From Lama guanicoe (Eukaryota), in NCBI GenBank assembly GCA_013239625.1, contig MU054220.1, forward strand, positions 5,158,587-5,222,586: a stretch of 64,000 nucleotides of DNA. Reading direction: 5' to 3'. The position numbers were made by a program, and so were the translations under genes. Every line of letters starts with the position of its first letter. Position 1 is the stretch's first letter. The notes under the pieces were generated by a model, which saw only the letters and a list, made by a program, of their open reading frames with translations, had not been told where the DNA came from and made no database searches. Below are positions 1 to 13,439 of this stretch, piece by piece.

Positions 1-2081
1 TATGTCTTATTTTCAAGACTGCATTATAAACTCCCCCAAAGCAGAGTCCATTTTAACCTTGTGAATGCTTGGTGGAAAATCAGGGAAACGGTGGATGCTT
101 AATAAATATTTGGATGGATGAATGATGAAAGGAGATGTACACTTCAGCAATTTTTTTTTGTTGTTGTTGCAGGAACTGAAAGTTATATTTCATTGGTTTT
201 AGAATACTGGCAGCAGGAGAATCTCTTCTAATTATGTGTGATGTGGATATAATAATGAAATAACTTTTAACTGGGGGTTGGAGAAGAAAACTCAGAAGCA
301 CATTGGGTACGAGAGGAAAGAGTGTGAACAGAGGATTCATAGCCTGGATATGTAGTTAAATTAAATTATTATGTGGTAATTTGAATTTATGTATTAAAAG
401 AGCACATGGTGATATAAAATGATGTCATATATATATTAAATATATCTTGATATCTTGGTTCAGGATAAATATCTCTCATATTTTTTCCCTGAAGCTGCTG
501 ACCCAAAAGATCAGTAATTCTCAAACTAATTTTCTTGCATGACATTTGTGTTGGATGATTCTTGTGTGAAATTTTCAGTGGGCAGATCATAACTCTGCTA
601 TTCTCTCACTCGGTAAAATATGTCAGAAAGTTAGCATTAATAGTGGTAATATTTTAATTGTTATGATGATGTTCAGATTCGTGAAAAAAGCATTGGTGAT
701 TTTAGCATTTTAACTATTATTGATAGCAAATGGATTGTGACTCTACACTACATTTCAAAACTTACGCCAGCAGCATTTTAAAGGTCAAGCAATATCTACT
801 TTGTTCCAGAAAGATGCCCACCAGAGGACGTGGTTGTGTTACAAAGGTTGATGCATTTCCATTGGTTGAGACTAAGTCTTAGAGCAAGATTTCGGAGTCT
901 TTTCCTTCAGAGGTGGGAAACTGATCAAGGGAGAGCATTATACAAGCTGAAGACCTAAAGATGAATGAAATGTGACATTGGATCAAATCAGTACATTATC
1001 TAGCCCAGACTTGTGCCCTAATGTGTATATAAGGCATGACTAGAAAGTTTAAAATATTTGCTCCTCATTATGGATAACATGAAATTGACTTTAAAGGCAA
1101 GGGCTGGGCTTTGTAATTTTGGAGTTCACATTACTACCTAGTACAGCTATATACAACAGAAGCTAACACTTACAAAATCCTATAATGAGATAAGCCTGTA
1201 CTGGGCTATGGTTTCTTTTCATTCTCTCAATGGCGCAGACAGGCAAAATGCTTTTGTCCACAATTTGAAGATGAAGAAATTGAAGGTCCATAGCAATTCC
1301 CTAAATTCCCACACCTAGTAAGCATATTAGATGAGAATGAGGGGCTGTGTAGGAGGGATAGAGGGGAAGGAATCCTGCCTCTCTGGAAGTGCTAAGATAT
1401 CCCAGGCATCTGTAAGAAGGTACTTCTGGTATGAAAAATAGATTTTAAAGTCAGATGGATCTGGATTAGAATCACTCACTACCTATGTGACCTTTATGAG
1501 CACATATATCAAATACTTATTACAGTGTGTGGCACACACTAAACAATTAATAAATACTAGCAACACTAATAATTACAATTATTATTGCTAACCAGAGCGT
1601 TAAGATGAGGTCTTGGGTCTGTTTGGTTTTAAAGTCTGCACACTTTTGTATTATACTGTGTGGATTCCCACATATTTATTAAGTGAATAGATTCTCCCTA
1701 GTTTCTTTCTTTTTTTAAAAAAAAATTCTTTTAATCACTTATCATGGCTGTATGCTCTGTGTATTTATCTACAGCTGTAAACTTGGTAATAATAGAGCAT
1801 CAACTGAGCCCTAGGCTCAGAGTTTGAGTCTCCTCACTGCAGGTGGTCTCTATTTAATTTTATGATGGGTCTATTTTATTGATTCCTGTAAAGGCTGCAT
1901 TTTAGAAACTGGATCCTCAGCTGTCAGTCAGTAACCTGAAAGAGGTCTCCTTGCTCACTTTTCTGCCTCCGTAAGTGTAGTGACTTGCCAGTCACTTTAA
2001 GACATCTTAATGAGTGAGTTTGGAGAATCCATTACATACTTTGGACCTGATTTTCACTTGTCAGTTTGCTTTTTTCTTCCC

Positions 2082-3304
2082 TTTTTTTTTTCAAATTAGC
2101 AGAGTTTTACTTCAATATTTTGTCTGCTCATAAATGACTCTGAAAAAGCCGATATGCAAGAGGCTGGCACGCTGTCATCTAAAGGCAATGTCGAGGCTGC
2201 TAAGAATGTCTCTCAGACAAGAGGCTCTGCTCAAAACCTCCCTCTGCTGGGGTGAGGGCAGCAGCAGGGGCGGGTGGGTCTGGGACAGAGGAATAAACAG
2301 ACATCCCTTAGCTTTGCCATCAGGGCTGGTGGCCCAGGACCCCAAGGCGGTGGATCAGAGGTTGACGGCTTGGACTTCCCAAGGCTGCCCAAATGTCTGG
2401 GTGTGCTGGGGAAATGCTGAGGCTTCATGAGGCCCATGTGCCAGCTGGAAGGGCCCTTGGTCAGCCAACTCCTCCTACTCCAGCCCCAGGGAGAGCCCAA
2501 ACTCCCTGCTGGCTGGGCCTGCTGGGCCCTGGGGTGGGCACAGCCTCTCACCCAGAGCAGCCCTTGCCAGGAGGACTTTCTGGTGTTACCTGTCATGTAG
2601 TGTCAGGTGCTGAGGGCTGGCTGTGGCCTTGAAGCAGGCAGGGGCAGCAGGCGAGGGTCCTGAGGCAGTGGCTGGGGGCCTGGCACCTGCAGCCGTCGGC
2701 TGCCCATACACTCAGGTTTATTTCCAGAGTGTGGTGCACTCCAGGAAGGGTGGTGAGCATGGTGCTGGCAGCCTCGGCCCAGTAGTGTGTGTCTGGCGGG
2801 GGGTGGGGGCAGGGGCCGGGCATCTCCAACAAGAACCAGTGAGACCCAGACAGGAATCTGTCTTGAAGGTGGCCAGTGGCGGCCCCACCTATAACAGAGC
2901 CCTGATCTCAGAGGGGCCCCACAGGGGCCAGCCCAGCAGGGTGACCTCCCAGGCACGGGCAGGCCAGGCTGAACCCGGCCACAGCAGGAGATGTGGGGGA
3001 GAGTGACGTTAAGGAACCACGCAGGAGGGCCAGTTGCGGGCAGGGCACAGGGAGCGTGGGCAGACCGGTGGCCCAGCCATCAGAAGGTGAAGCAGCGCTC
3101 CTTGGGGTGGCCCACGCGTTCCAGGTTGGACAGGCAGGCATACTGGATCATGGGCGGGGGTCCGCACATCAGCACCAGCGGCTCCTCCTCCGGGGGTGGG
3201 AGGTGGTCCCGGATCATCTCCTCATTCACGAAGCCCTGGCTGTAGTCCCAGGCTTCAGGGGCTCTGTCCACCGTGTACCAGAGCTTGAAGCTCGCAGAAT
3301 GTTT
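2082..3304 (-). pseudogene. CYB5R3: 5'-truncated processed pseudogene of NADH-cytochrome b5 reductase 3 (last ~73 codons, ~1 kb 3'UTR and poly(A))
   Basis: Minus strand 3301->3080 reads [73 protein letters not shown], which is the CYB5R3 C-terminus with the CGPPPM NADH-binding motif. A GC-rich 3'UTR follows, then an AGTAAA variant poly(A) signal (2106-2111) and a poly(A) tract (T run 2082-2091). No intron lies at the GAA G|CC (E/A) position, where I recall the last exon junction of human CYB5R3. Confidence 0.95.
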
Positions 3305-3609
3305 AGTGTGGTAGTAAAACTTTGGTTCTCTCCCATATAATCTTTTGGGCTTTTATAAGACAAACAGCAATTAGACTTATAGGCTATAAAGACCCCCACT
3401 CGATTCTCCCATTAAGCTAAACTAAATTGATATTGGCTGGTCTGGGCCTAGATTTGGTAGCTTGGAGGATAACACTCTTGAGTTATATTTTATATTCAAG
3501 CCTATCCAAATCATTTCTTGAACTTGGAGAGAATGGAAGACTTTAAGATCCTGTGTTTAATTCTTGATTATTGATGACTGGAATATTTGCTCAGTAGAGA
3601 GAGTAAGCA

Positions 3610-3890
3610 AGAGACAGTATGTTGTAATGATGAAGAGGAAAGATTTTTTTTAATATAACATGATTTTTTATAACAAGATTTTGAAATAGGACTGACCTAG
3701 GGTCTAATCTAGGCTCTGCCACTTATGAGCTGGGCCATCTTAGGAAACTTGAGTTTTCTCATCTATAAATGGAAATAAAAATTTTTTTCTCATATGGTTA
3801 GCATGATGATTCAATGAGAAATTACTTGTAAAATACTTATATGATGCCTGGCAGAAGGTAGGTTCTCAATAATTAAAAGTTATTGTTGTT
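3610..3890. mobile_element. MIR SINE remnant
   Basis: MIR core-like sequence: ggctctgccacttatgagctggg...ttttctcatctataaatggaaataa. Confidence 0.7.
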
Positions 3891-4080
3891 ATTATGGATC
3901 AAAAGAGATCATTATGTACCAATTATAATTCACTACCAGTAACCCCTTTAAAATGAACAAAGTCGCATCTAGAAGGGTAGAAGCTAAGCGTTCAAGTAAG
4001 TGTTAGATTTGCTAGATTAATTTTGTTATAACCTAGCTTCTGTCTCAATGGGAGCTTTTGACCTTGGGAGTGTTTCCATA

Positions 4081-4182
4081 GGTAGTGTGACTAACCATCC
4101 TGGTTTGCTGGAGACTGAGGGGTTTCCTGAGATGTGGAATTTTCAGTGCTAAACCATGGAAAGGTTCTAACTGGTCACTCTA
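4081..4182. mobile_element. hAT-type MITE (MER94-like)
   Basis: Sequence gtgactaaccatcctggtttg...ttttcagtgctaaac...ggtcactcta; similar to the copy at 13980-14090. Confidence 0.55.
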
Positions 4183-4349
4183 TTATAGGTTCTGTTTCTC
4201 AACTTTGCTAGATCTTGGTCTTAGCCATGTTGTTTTTTCTATACTTTGTTTTTCTTCTCCAACTTTAAAACTTCCACACAGACTTGTATAGAATATAAGG
4301 CAAGACAACTGCCCATTTTTTCCCCTTTTATTTATCAGTTTTTGACATA

Positions 4350-6440
4350 ATGAGTTGCTATCTATCATTCTTCACAAGTTACCCATGAATCTTTTTGTTA
4401 GTATAATTATGATCTCATTAAATCACATTTAAATATATGTAAAGTATTTAAAATAATTGCAGTTATTTTTTTTGTTGTTGTTGTTGATCCTCAAATGGTC
4501 CCACCTTTGGCCAATGGAAGCTTATTGAAGTTTAGTTCCTTAATCTTTTCTATGTGACCCATGACAAAATTCCTGTTTGTGTAATGGAAACTCTTGTTTC
4601 CAGTGGCAACATGTGAATTTTATGCCCCAGGCCTAGATTCATCCATTTCTCCAACCTGTTTCCTTTCGGTGGGAAATAATTTTTGGAGGCCACAGTGGAT
4701 ACTGAGAATGCTCATTACTACTGATTGGGTTATTGCTCCTGGGCTTTCATAGAGGCCTGAGTATCCATTTTTAATTTTTAGAGAAAAAGCATTTAATAAT
4801 CTTATATTGATTCTTTCAACTCAGATTTAGGATTACAGGGTTTTTGCTTAATCTCATCAACTTTACATGTGTATATTTTCATCCAGTGTGAAAATCCTGG
4901 TACTCAATAATGCCAATACAATAACTTGTTTGCTTTATCCTGCACTAGGCAAAAATCTGCCTTGAAGTAACAGTACCAACACTACCATCAATGATATGAT
5001 GATTTACAACAGTTAAAATATTTTTTGGTATATTTCCACCAGGAATGCACAGCCAAGTTGCTATGATTTAAAGTCACATGTAGTCATTATTCTTTTGTGG
5101 TTATACCACTAACCATATATAGTTAGGCTAATTTATTTAAATTTTAGAAATTGCTCCTAATTTAATTTTGTTTTATAATTATGTAAAAATTTTACACTAG
5201 TCCAAAGTCTAATCTGTAATACAAAGTGTCCAAGAGTTCTAGCTTAACATCCTGTCTCTTTTAATCTATTCCTTTTCAACTCTAGAGGTAATCTTTTAAA
5301 AAATATGTTGACTTAAAAATTTTTTAACATAAGCATATATGTAAGTACATAAATAAGTACACACACATAAAGTGCTTCATTATATAGTTCATTTTATTTA
5401 CTCTCTCTCTTTTATCTCCTTTTTGGGTATGTTTTTTCTCTTATTTTGGGAGGTTTGTATTTTTGTTCTAATGGTGAACTTTATGCTAATACATTTCTAT
5501 AATTCTCTCAGTCTTCTCTTTTCTCAGTTTGTTTTTTGTTTGTTCCCAACTATAAGCAGTATTGAAATCAGCTGGTAAACTTTTCTTTCCACCTCTCTTT
5601 TACGTCGAGCATCTGACTTGAAGTAGCGGTCTTTTATTCTCACTTATTATCTATAAGACGATCAGTGAGTTTTATTTACTTTTCAAATACTCTTCATTCT
5701 ATGCTAGTTTTTGGTAATTGTGCTGTGTCTACATTGTAAGAGCATATGCCTATTATGCTGTGTCCTTTATAAACAACACTTAATCTCAGTTTTGCAGGTT
5801 TAGTCTCACCTTTAGGCTTTTGGTCCATTTATTTCTAGTTATTTTGATATCTGAATCTTGGTTCGCAAGAGATTCCTCAGGAAAGGATTATGGGAACATT
5901 ATTCCCTTAATTATTGCATATTCCTATAATTCTGTATCTAGCCTTATACTTAAATTGTTTTACTGCACATACAAATCAATTTTTGACCCACTGTTTTACC
6001 TGAAGAGTCTTAAATATGTCTTGTCATCTGACAACCTGTTGCGCTACTGAGAAGTTTGGTGACTTCCTAATACTTGTTCCTCTATAAGTGACACATTTCT
6101 TTCTGGAAACTTGTAGGGTCATATCTTTATGACTGATGGTCTGAAATTTCACACTGATGTGCTATGATGTAGGTCTTTGTCACTTACTATGTCCTTTACT
6201 TTATCATTTATGTTTATGCTCAGTGTACCCTTGCAATATGGAAACTCGTCTTTTTTTGCAAGGGTGTGTGTGTGTGTGTGTGTGTCTGGTGTGGAGATAA
6301 ACTATTCCAAATGCTGACATTTAGCCAGTCTTCCTGTTTTCAGGCCTGCAACCCTTTGCTAACATCATTCGTATCTGGTGACTCTAAACCCTGACTGAGC
6401 CTCTCTGGGGTTCAGCGAAAATTAGCTCTTTTAACCTCCA
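4350..6440 (-). mobile_element. Old, degraded LINE-1 (L1M-type) fragments
   Basis: T-rich sequence resembling the 3' and body regions of ancient L1ME/L1MC; no ORF. Boundaries are approximate. Confidence 0.4.
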
Positions 6441-6683
6441 CTTTTCCTTCGTCATGCACTTAAGCTGTGACCTCTTCCCCTCCTCACTTCCTTGTCTTTT
6501 CCTCTTTCTGTCTTCCAGAAATTTCTTGCATTATTATATTTACTGCTATCTCTTATTCTCTTTATCACTAGGAATTTATGTTTTTTGATTATTTTCCTAT
6601 GATTTTGAGAGTCATGGGAGAGACAGTAATTGAAGACATGTGGCCAATCATTCATCTTTAGTTGTAAGTCCCAGGGTTCTTTG

Positions 6684-7213
6684 TTTTTTGATTTTTTTTT
6701 TAAATTGAAGTACAATTGATGTTGCACAGCAAAGTGATTTAGTTATACATATGTATATTATTATTTTTCAGAGTTTCTCCATTGTAGGTTATTCAGTTGT
6801 AAAGCAAAGTGATTCAGATACACACACACACACACACACACACATACATATATATATATTCTTTTTCAGATTATTTTCCATTATAGCTTATTACAAGGTA
6901 TTGAATATAGCTCCCTGTGCTATACAGTACTTGTTGGTTATCTATTTTGTGTTTAGTAGTGTGTCTATTTTAATCTCAAACTCCTAATTTATCCCTCCCA
7001 TCCACCTTCTTCTCCTTCGGTAACCATAAATTTGTTTTCTGTGTCTGCGAGTCTGTTTCTGTTTTGTATCATTTTTTTTAAGATTCCACATACAAGCGAT
7101 ATCATGTGATATTTATCTTTCTCTGACTTACTTAGTATATAATCTCTAAGTCCATAAATGTTGCTGCAAATGGCATTATTTCATTCTTTTTTGTGGCTGA
7201 GTAATATTCCATT

Positions 7214-7249
<36 letters not shown>

Positions 7250-10124
7250 ACCACAACTTCTTTATCCAGTCATCTGTTGATTGACATTTAGGTTGCTTCC
7301 ATGTCTTGGCTATTGTAAATAGTGCTGCTATGAACATTGGGGTGCATGTGTCTTTCAAATTATATTTTTCTCCAGTTATATGCCCAGAAGTGGGGTTGCT
7401 GGATCATATGGTAAGTTTATTTTTAGTTTTTAAGGAACCTCCATACTGTTCTCCATAGTGGCTGCATCAGTTTACATTCCCAGCAACAGTATAGGAGGGT
7501 TCCTTTTTCTCCACACCCTCTCTAGTATTTATTATTTGTAGACTTTTTGATGATGTCCATTCTGACTGATATGAGGTGATACCTCATTGCAGTTTTGATT
7601 GGCGTATCTTTAATAATTAGCAACAATTGAGCATCTTCTCATGTGCCTGTTGGCCATCTGTGTGTCTTCTTTGGAGAAATGTCTATTTAGATATTTTACC
7701 CACTTTTTGATTGAGTTGTTTGTTTGTTTGTTTTGATATTGAGCTGTATGAGCTGTTTGTATAGTTTGGCAATGAATCCCTTATTGGTCGCATCATTTGC
7801 AAATATTTTCTGCCATTTTATAGATTATCTTTTTACTTTGTTTATGGTTTCCTTTGCTGTGCAAAAGCTTTTAACTTTAATTGGGTCCCATTTTTTCACT
7901 TTTGTCTTTATTTCCATTAGCCTAGGAGATGGATCCAAAAAAAATATTGCTGTGATTTATGTCAAATAGTGCTCTGCCTATGTTTTTCTCTAAGATTTTT
8001 ATAGTATCTGGTCTTACATCTAGGTCTTTACCCTATTTTGAGTTTACTTTTGTATATGGTGTTAGGGAATTACATTCTTTTACATGCAGCTGTCCAGTTT
8101 TCTCAGCACAACTTATTGAAGAGACTGTCTTATCTCCACTGTATATTCTTGCCTCTTTTGTCATAGAATTATTGACCATAAGTGCATGGATTTATTTCTG
8201 GGCTTTCTATCCTGTTTCATTGATCTATATGTCTGTTTTTTGTGCCAGTACTGTACTGTTTTGATGATTGTAGCTTTATAGTATAGTCTGAAGTCAGGGA
8301 GCCTGATTCCTCAGCTCTGTTCTTCTTTCTCAGTATTGCTTTGGCTATTCAGGGTCTTTTGTGTTTCCACACAAATTTTAAAATTTTTTACTCCATTTCT
8401 GTGAAAAGTGCCATTGGTAATTTGTTAGGGATTGCAATGAATCTGTAGATTGCTTTGGGGAGTATGGGCATTTTAACAATATTGACTCTCCAATCCAGGA
8501 TGGTATATTTTTCCATCTGTTTGTGTCATCTTCAATTTCTTTCATCACTGTCTTAGAATTTTCAGAGTACAGGTCTTTTGCCTCCTTAGGGAGGTTTATG
8601 CCTAGGTATTTTATTCTTTTCAATATGATGGTAAATGATTGTTTCCTTAATTTCTTTTTCTGATATTTTGTTGTTAGTGTATAGAAATGCAACAGATATC
8701 TGTATATTAATTTTGTATTGTGAAATTTTACTAAATTCATTGATGAGCTCTAAAAGTTTTCTCATAGCATCTTTAGGATTTTCTATAGTGTCATGCCATC
8801 TACAAACAGTGACACTTTTACTACTTCTTTCCAATTTGGATTCCTTTTATTACTTTTTCTTCTCTGATTACTGTGGCTAGGACTTCCAAAACTATGTTGA
8901 ATAAAAGTGATGAGAGTGGGCATCCTTGCCTTGTTCCTGATCTTTGGAGGAAACACTTTCAGCTTTTCACCAGAGTATGATATTAGCTGTGGGTTTGTCA
9001 TAAACGGCCTTTATTATATTGAAGGATGTTCCTTTTATACCCACTTTCTGGAGAGTTTTTATCATAAGTGAATTTTATCAATTTTTTTCTGCATCTATTG
9101 AGATGACCATATAGTTTTTATTCTTCAGTTTGTTAATATGGTGTATCACACTGATTTATTTGCAGATATTGAAAAATCATTGCATCCCTCAGATAAATCC
9201 CACTTGATCATGAAGTATGATCTGTATTATTGGATTTAGTTTGCTAGTATTTTGTTGAGGATTTTTGTGTCTATATTCATAAGTGATATTGGACTGTAAT
9301 TTTCTATTTTGTGTGTGATATCTTTGTTTGATTTTGGTATCATGGTGTTCGTGGCCCCATAGAATAAGTTCAGAAGTGTTCTTTCTTCTGTAATTTTTGG
9401 AATAGTTTCAGAAGGATAGATATTGATTCTTCTCAAAATGTTTGGTAAAATTTATTTGTGGAGCCATGTGGTCCTGGACTTTTGTTTGTTGGGAGTTTTT
9501 AAATTACTGATTCAATTCCAGTACTGGTAATTGGTCTATTCATATTTTTTGTTTCTTTCTAGTTCAGTTTTGGGAGATTGCACCTTTATAAGAATCTGTC
9601 CATTTCTCCTAGTTTGTCCATTTTATTGGTGTAAGTTGCTCATAGTAGTATCTTACGGTCCTTTGTATGTCTGTGATGTTGGTTGTAACTTCTAGTTTTT
9701 CATTTCTGATTTTATTTGGCTCCTTTCCCTTTTTTTCTTGATGAGTCTGGCTAAAGGCTTATCAGTTTTGTTTATCTTTTCAAAGAACCAGATTTTAGTT
9801 TCATGGACCTTTTCTATTTTTTTTCAGACTATTTCATTTATTTCTGCTTTGATCTTTATATTTTCTTTCTTTCTACTGACTTTGGGTTTTATTTGTTCTT
9901 ATTTCTCTAGTTGCTTTAGGTGTAAAGTTAGATTGTTTGAGATTGTTCTTGTTTCCTGAGGTAAGCTTGTATCACTGTAAACTTCCCTCTTAGAATGCTT
10001 TTGCTGCTTCCCATAGAGTTTGGATTATTATGTTTTCAGTTTTATTTGTCTCTAAGTATTTTTTGATTTCCTCAGTGATCCATTTAGCCTCCATGTGTTT
10101 GCAGTTTTTGCAGTTTTTTTCTTG
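6684..10124 (-). mobile_element. LINE-1, non-inverted 3' part (degraded ORF2 RT and C-terminal region, 3'UTR, poly(A))
   Basis: Minus-strand ORF fragments match L1 ORF2 ([62 protein letters not shown]). T-rich tail at ~6684-6701; left TSD cagggttctttg at 6672-6683. Confidence 0.95.
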
Positions 10125-10941
10125 AGAAAAAAGAAATTGACATAAGTCATCAAGTCACAAGAGACGAGAACAGAAGAAAAAGAAAAAAAAGACCTACAAA
10201 AAGAAATCCAAAACAATTAGAAAAATGGCAATAAGAACATACATACTGATAATTACCGTAAATGTAAACAGATTAAATGCTCCAACCAAAAGACATAGAC
10301 TAGCCGAATGGATACAACAGCAAGAGCTGCATATATGCTGTCTACAAGAGATCCACTTCAGATCTAGAAACACCTACAGACAGGAAGTGAGGGGTTAAAA
10401 AAGGTATTCCATGCAAATGAAAATCAAGAGAAAGCTGGAGTAGCAATGCTTATATCAGGCAAAATAGACTTTAAAATACAGACTGGTACAAGAGACAAAG
10501 AAGGACACAACATAATGATCAAGGGATCAATCCAAGAAAAAGATACAGCAATTGTAAATATATATGCACCCCACATAGGAGCACTTCAATATATAAGGCA
10601 AATGTTAATAGACATAAAAGGAGAAATTGACATAACACAATAATAATGAGTGACTTTTACACCCTACCTACACCCTACTGGACAAATCATTTAGACAGAA
10701 AATCAACAAGGAAACACAGGCCTTAAATGACACTTTAGACCAGATGGACTTAATTGCTGTTTATAGAGCATTCCATCTGAAAGCAGCAGAATACACATTT
10801 TTCTCAAGTGTGCATGGAACATTCTCCAAGGTAGATCACATGCTAGGCCATAAAGCAAGTCTTGGTAAATTTAAGAAAATTGAAATTGTATCAAGCATCT
10901 TTTCTGACTGCAACATTTTGAGATTAGAAATCAACTACAAG
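10125..10941 (+). mobile_element. Inverted 5' segment of the same LINE-1 (inter-ORF spacer and ORF2 endonuclease domain)
   Basis: ORF2 start ATGGCAATAAGAAC at 10225; endonuclease motifs VNIYAP and TFSKVDHMLGHK; right TSD cagggttctttg at 10945-10956. Confidence 0.93.
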
Positions 10942-12009
10942 CCTCAGGGTTCTTTGGCTTTATTTTAAAAGCCAAAAGGAAGACAAACTCTCAGATTTAT
11001 GTCAATAGTTAAGAAAGCTTTTAACTTATATTAGCTAAAATCTGGAAGAAAAAAGAAAAACAAATGATTTACTTTTAATCATTTGTTTAAAGAGAAAAAA
11101 ATGGACATATAGTTAGATTTCAGGAAGCGGGTGAGTAGTGAGGAAGGAGAAATTGTAAATATGATTGTGTAAAATGACAGTAATAATGCTGTGACTGCCT
11201 CCCAAGGGAATTGAACTCTTCACTGTCCTGTTGAGCAGTGAATTTCAAGCCTGTGTCTGAAAGCCAAACCTGTTTCTTAATTTTGACTTAGTGTGTTGGT
11301 TGTTTGTGTCAGGCATATAGCAATTGATGGTTCCATTATAGAATATTGATTGCACTTAATGAGTATGAATGAATATGCTCTGGCTCAATGGGGCAATGAA
11401 TAAAGAGTAATCCAGTTCAGTCTTGTTCTGTGTCCCTGCTAATTTTCCACTTTCACAGCCAAGATCTGTTAGGAGGTAGATTTCCTAAAAATGTAGTGTA
11501 ACAGATTTCTTTTTCTTGATTTCTTCTTTGCCTTTTTTTCCTTTTGGAATAAACTTGTGTCAAGATTTGGGGTTGGGGGAAGAGTAGTGAGGAGGGAAAT
11601 GGAGTAGTAATAGGAGCCTGTGTCCCTTGAATGAGAATTTTGATGATTGGCCTTTCCATAGTTCTTAGGAATGCCACATTGGAAATCAGAGGCTTTCTAA
11701 TAAGTATAACCAGGAATTCTTACAGCATGAGAGTACATTTATTTTGGAGCTAGATAGTAATTGGAGTGTATGGTCATGTGTAAGAATGATTTCAGTTTGG
11801 TAAGATCCAGTGGAATAAGGGTTTACCTTGTCCCTGCATGATACTTAAGGTAAGCTAGAGAGTTTTATGTATATTGTTTTCAAATTGTTGTCGATCTAGG
11901 CTAATGGTGGGATGTGCTTAGTAGAGGTGATCACTGCTTTTGATGGAAGTTCATTCTTTAATAGTTTAGCTTCTGATGGACATTTTAAAGATTAATATGT
12001 TTTTAAGGA

Positions 12010-12225
12010 CTTAACATGTACCACGAGGTGCCCTAACCTTAAATGCATTAACTAATTTAATTCCAGTGAAGGAGTTACCATTATTATTAGTCCCACTTGA
12101 CAGATAAGGAAATGAGACATTGAGAGTTTAAATAACTTGTACAACACCACATGAAGCTAGATTGGAAACCAGGAAGTCTGCCTCCAGAGCCTGTGCTCCT
12201 AAGCATTATGCTATACCAACTCTCT
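12010..12225. mobile_element. MIR SINE remnant
   Basis: MIR-like sequence: cccacttgacagataaggaaatgagacattgagag...gtctgcctccagagcc. Confidence 0.7.
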
Positions 12226-13439
12226 AGCATCTAGAGATGATAATTGCCTCAGTAAAATTTTAGAGAGACACTCACATCTTCCATTCTAATGTTTTTATTT
12301 GGCTCTGATGATGTTTTGAAGCTCAGTAGAGGTTCTGGTTTGATAAACTTCCCTTTTTCTATTTTATAATGGAGGAAGGTAAAATGGCAGGGTGTATGTA
12401 TGCATTAAAAATAGTCAAATATACACAGATATTTTTATGTATGCATGTATTATAACTGGTTATTGGAATTAATAAGTACTCAATATGCTTTATATGAATA
12501 AAAATGACGCATAACAACTAAGAAATGAGCAGACTATAATAGAGGGCCTGGAATGGTGCTGTGGGGAGATAATATGGCACAGCAGATGTTATACAAAAGG
12601 GGGTTGATTAACTGTGTGACTTTGGGTAAATGACATTCTTCTCTTGGCCCTTGGTCTTACAGAATGAGGGGATTGGGTTAGATCATTTATAACAATTGTC
12701 TTAAAACTGTTCTGTAGAGCTCCATGTTTCTGTGATATGCCTTAGTGGCCAGTGGGGCTAGCCATAGGGGAGTTGAACATAAAGAACTGTCTTCCCTTTT
12801 TCCAACCCAGGACTCACTCAGGACATTTCCACTTTTAGTGAATTTATAAATTGAGATTATCTGCAGGATTCTGTAAGACAAAAGAGCTAAAATAAGTTTA
12901 AAAACTACTGAACTTGTAATTTCTATGTTCTTATAGTTCTGAAATGTTACAGATTTATGTTTCCCAGACTGTGGTTGACAAAACTCAAGGGCCTCCATCT
13001 GCCCTTGCTGCCACAAATACTCTTGTGCTATGACTTTCCTGTCTCTGTTGGGCATGGTTGATTTTTACCATTGCCAGAGTGGTAAAGTCAACACAGTTAT
13101 AAAAGAATTATTATCTTTGTAGACTGTCAGTTTACTTATCCCTACACATCCATGAAGGAACTTGACCAAATCTTTCATGATTATTGTTATCTCCATTTTT
13201 AGATGAAGAAACTAAAAACAGAGAAAACGACTTTCCCACGTTTGTATTTCTAATGAGTTGTAAAGCTTGAACAGCAACATTGTGCTGCCTTTACTTATCT
13301 TGGGCCTTTGAAATACTCATGGTTTCTGGTCAGTGTGCCCTATGGTTCTGTACTGTTTCTGGTTTTATTGAAATTCAAGTGCCTGACCATTGGTGATAAA
13401 TGGGGCATTTGAACTTCATTTCTTATCACTTCTATCTTT

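Noticed and set aside
3080..3301. Last exon of a functional CYB5R3 gene
   Set aside because: Homology runs across the expected exon junction with no intron and stops abruptly at ~3304. A genomic poly(A) is present and no upstream exons are seen.
2134..3340. Multiple overlapping 77-127 aa ORFs in the GC-rich block
   Set aside because: They are by-products of the GC-rich CYB5R3 3'UTR and its antisense strand. Only the minus frame ending at 3080 is homologous to a protein.
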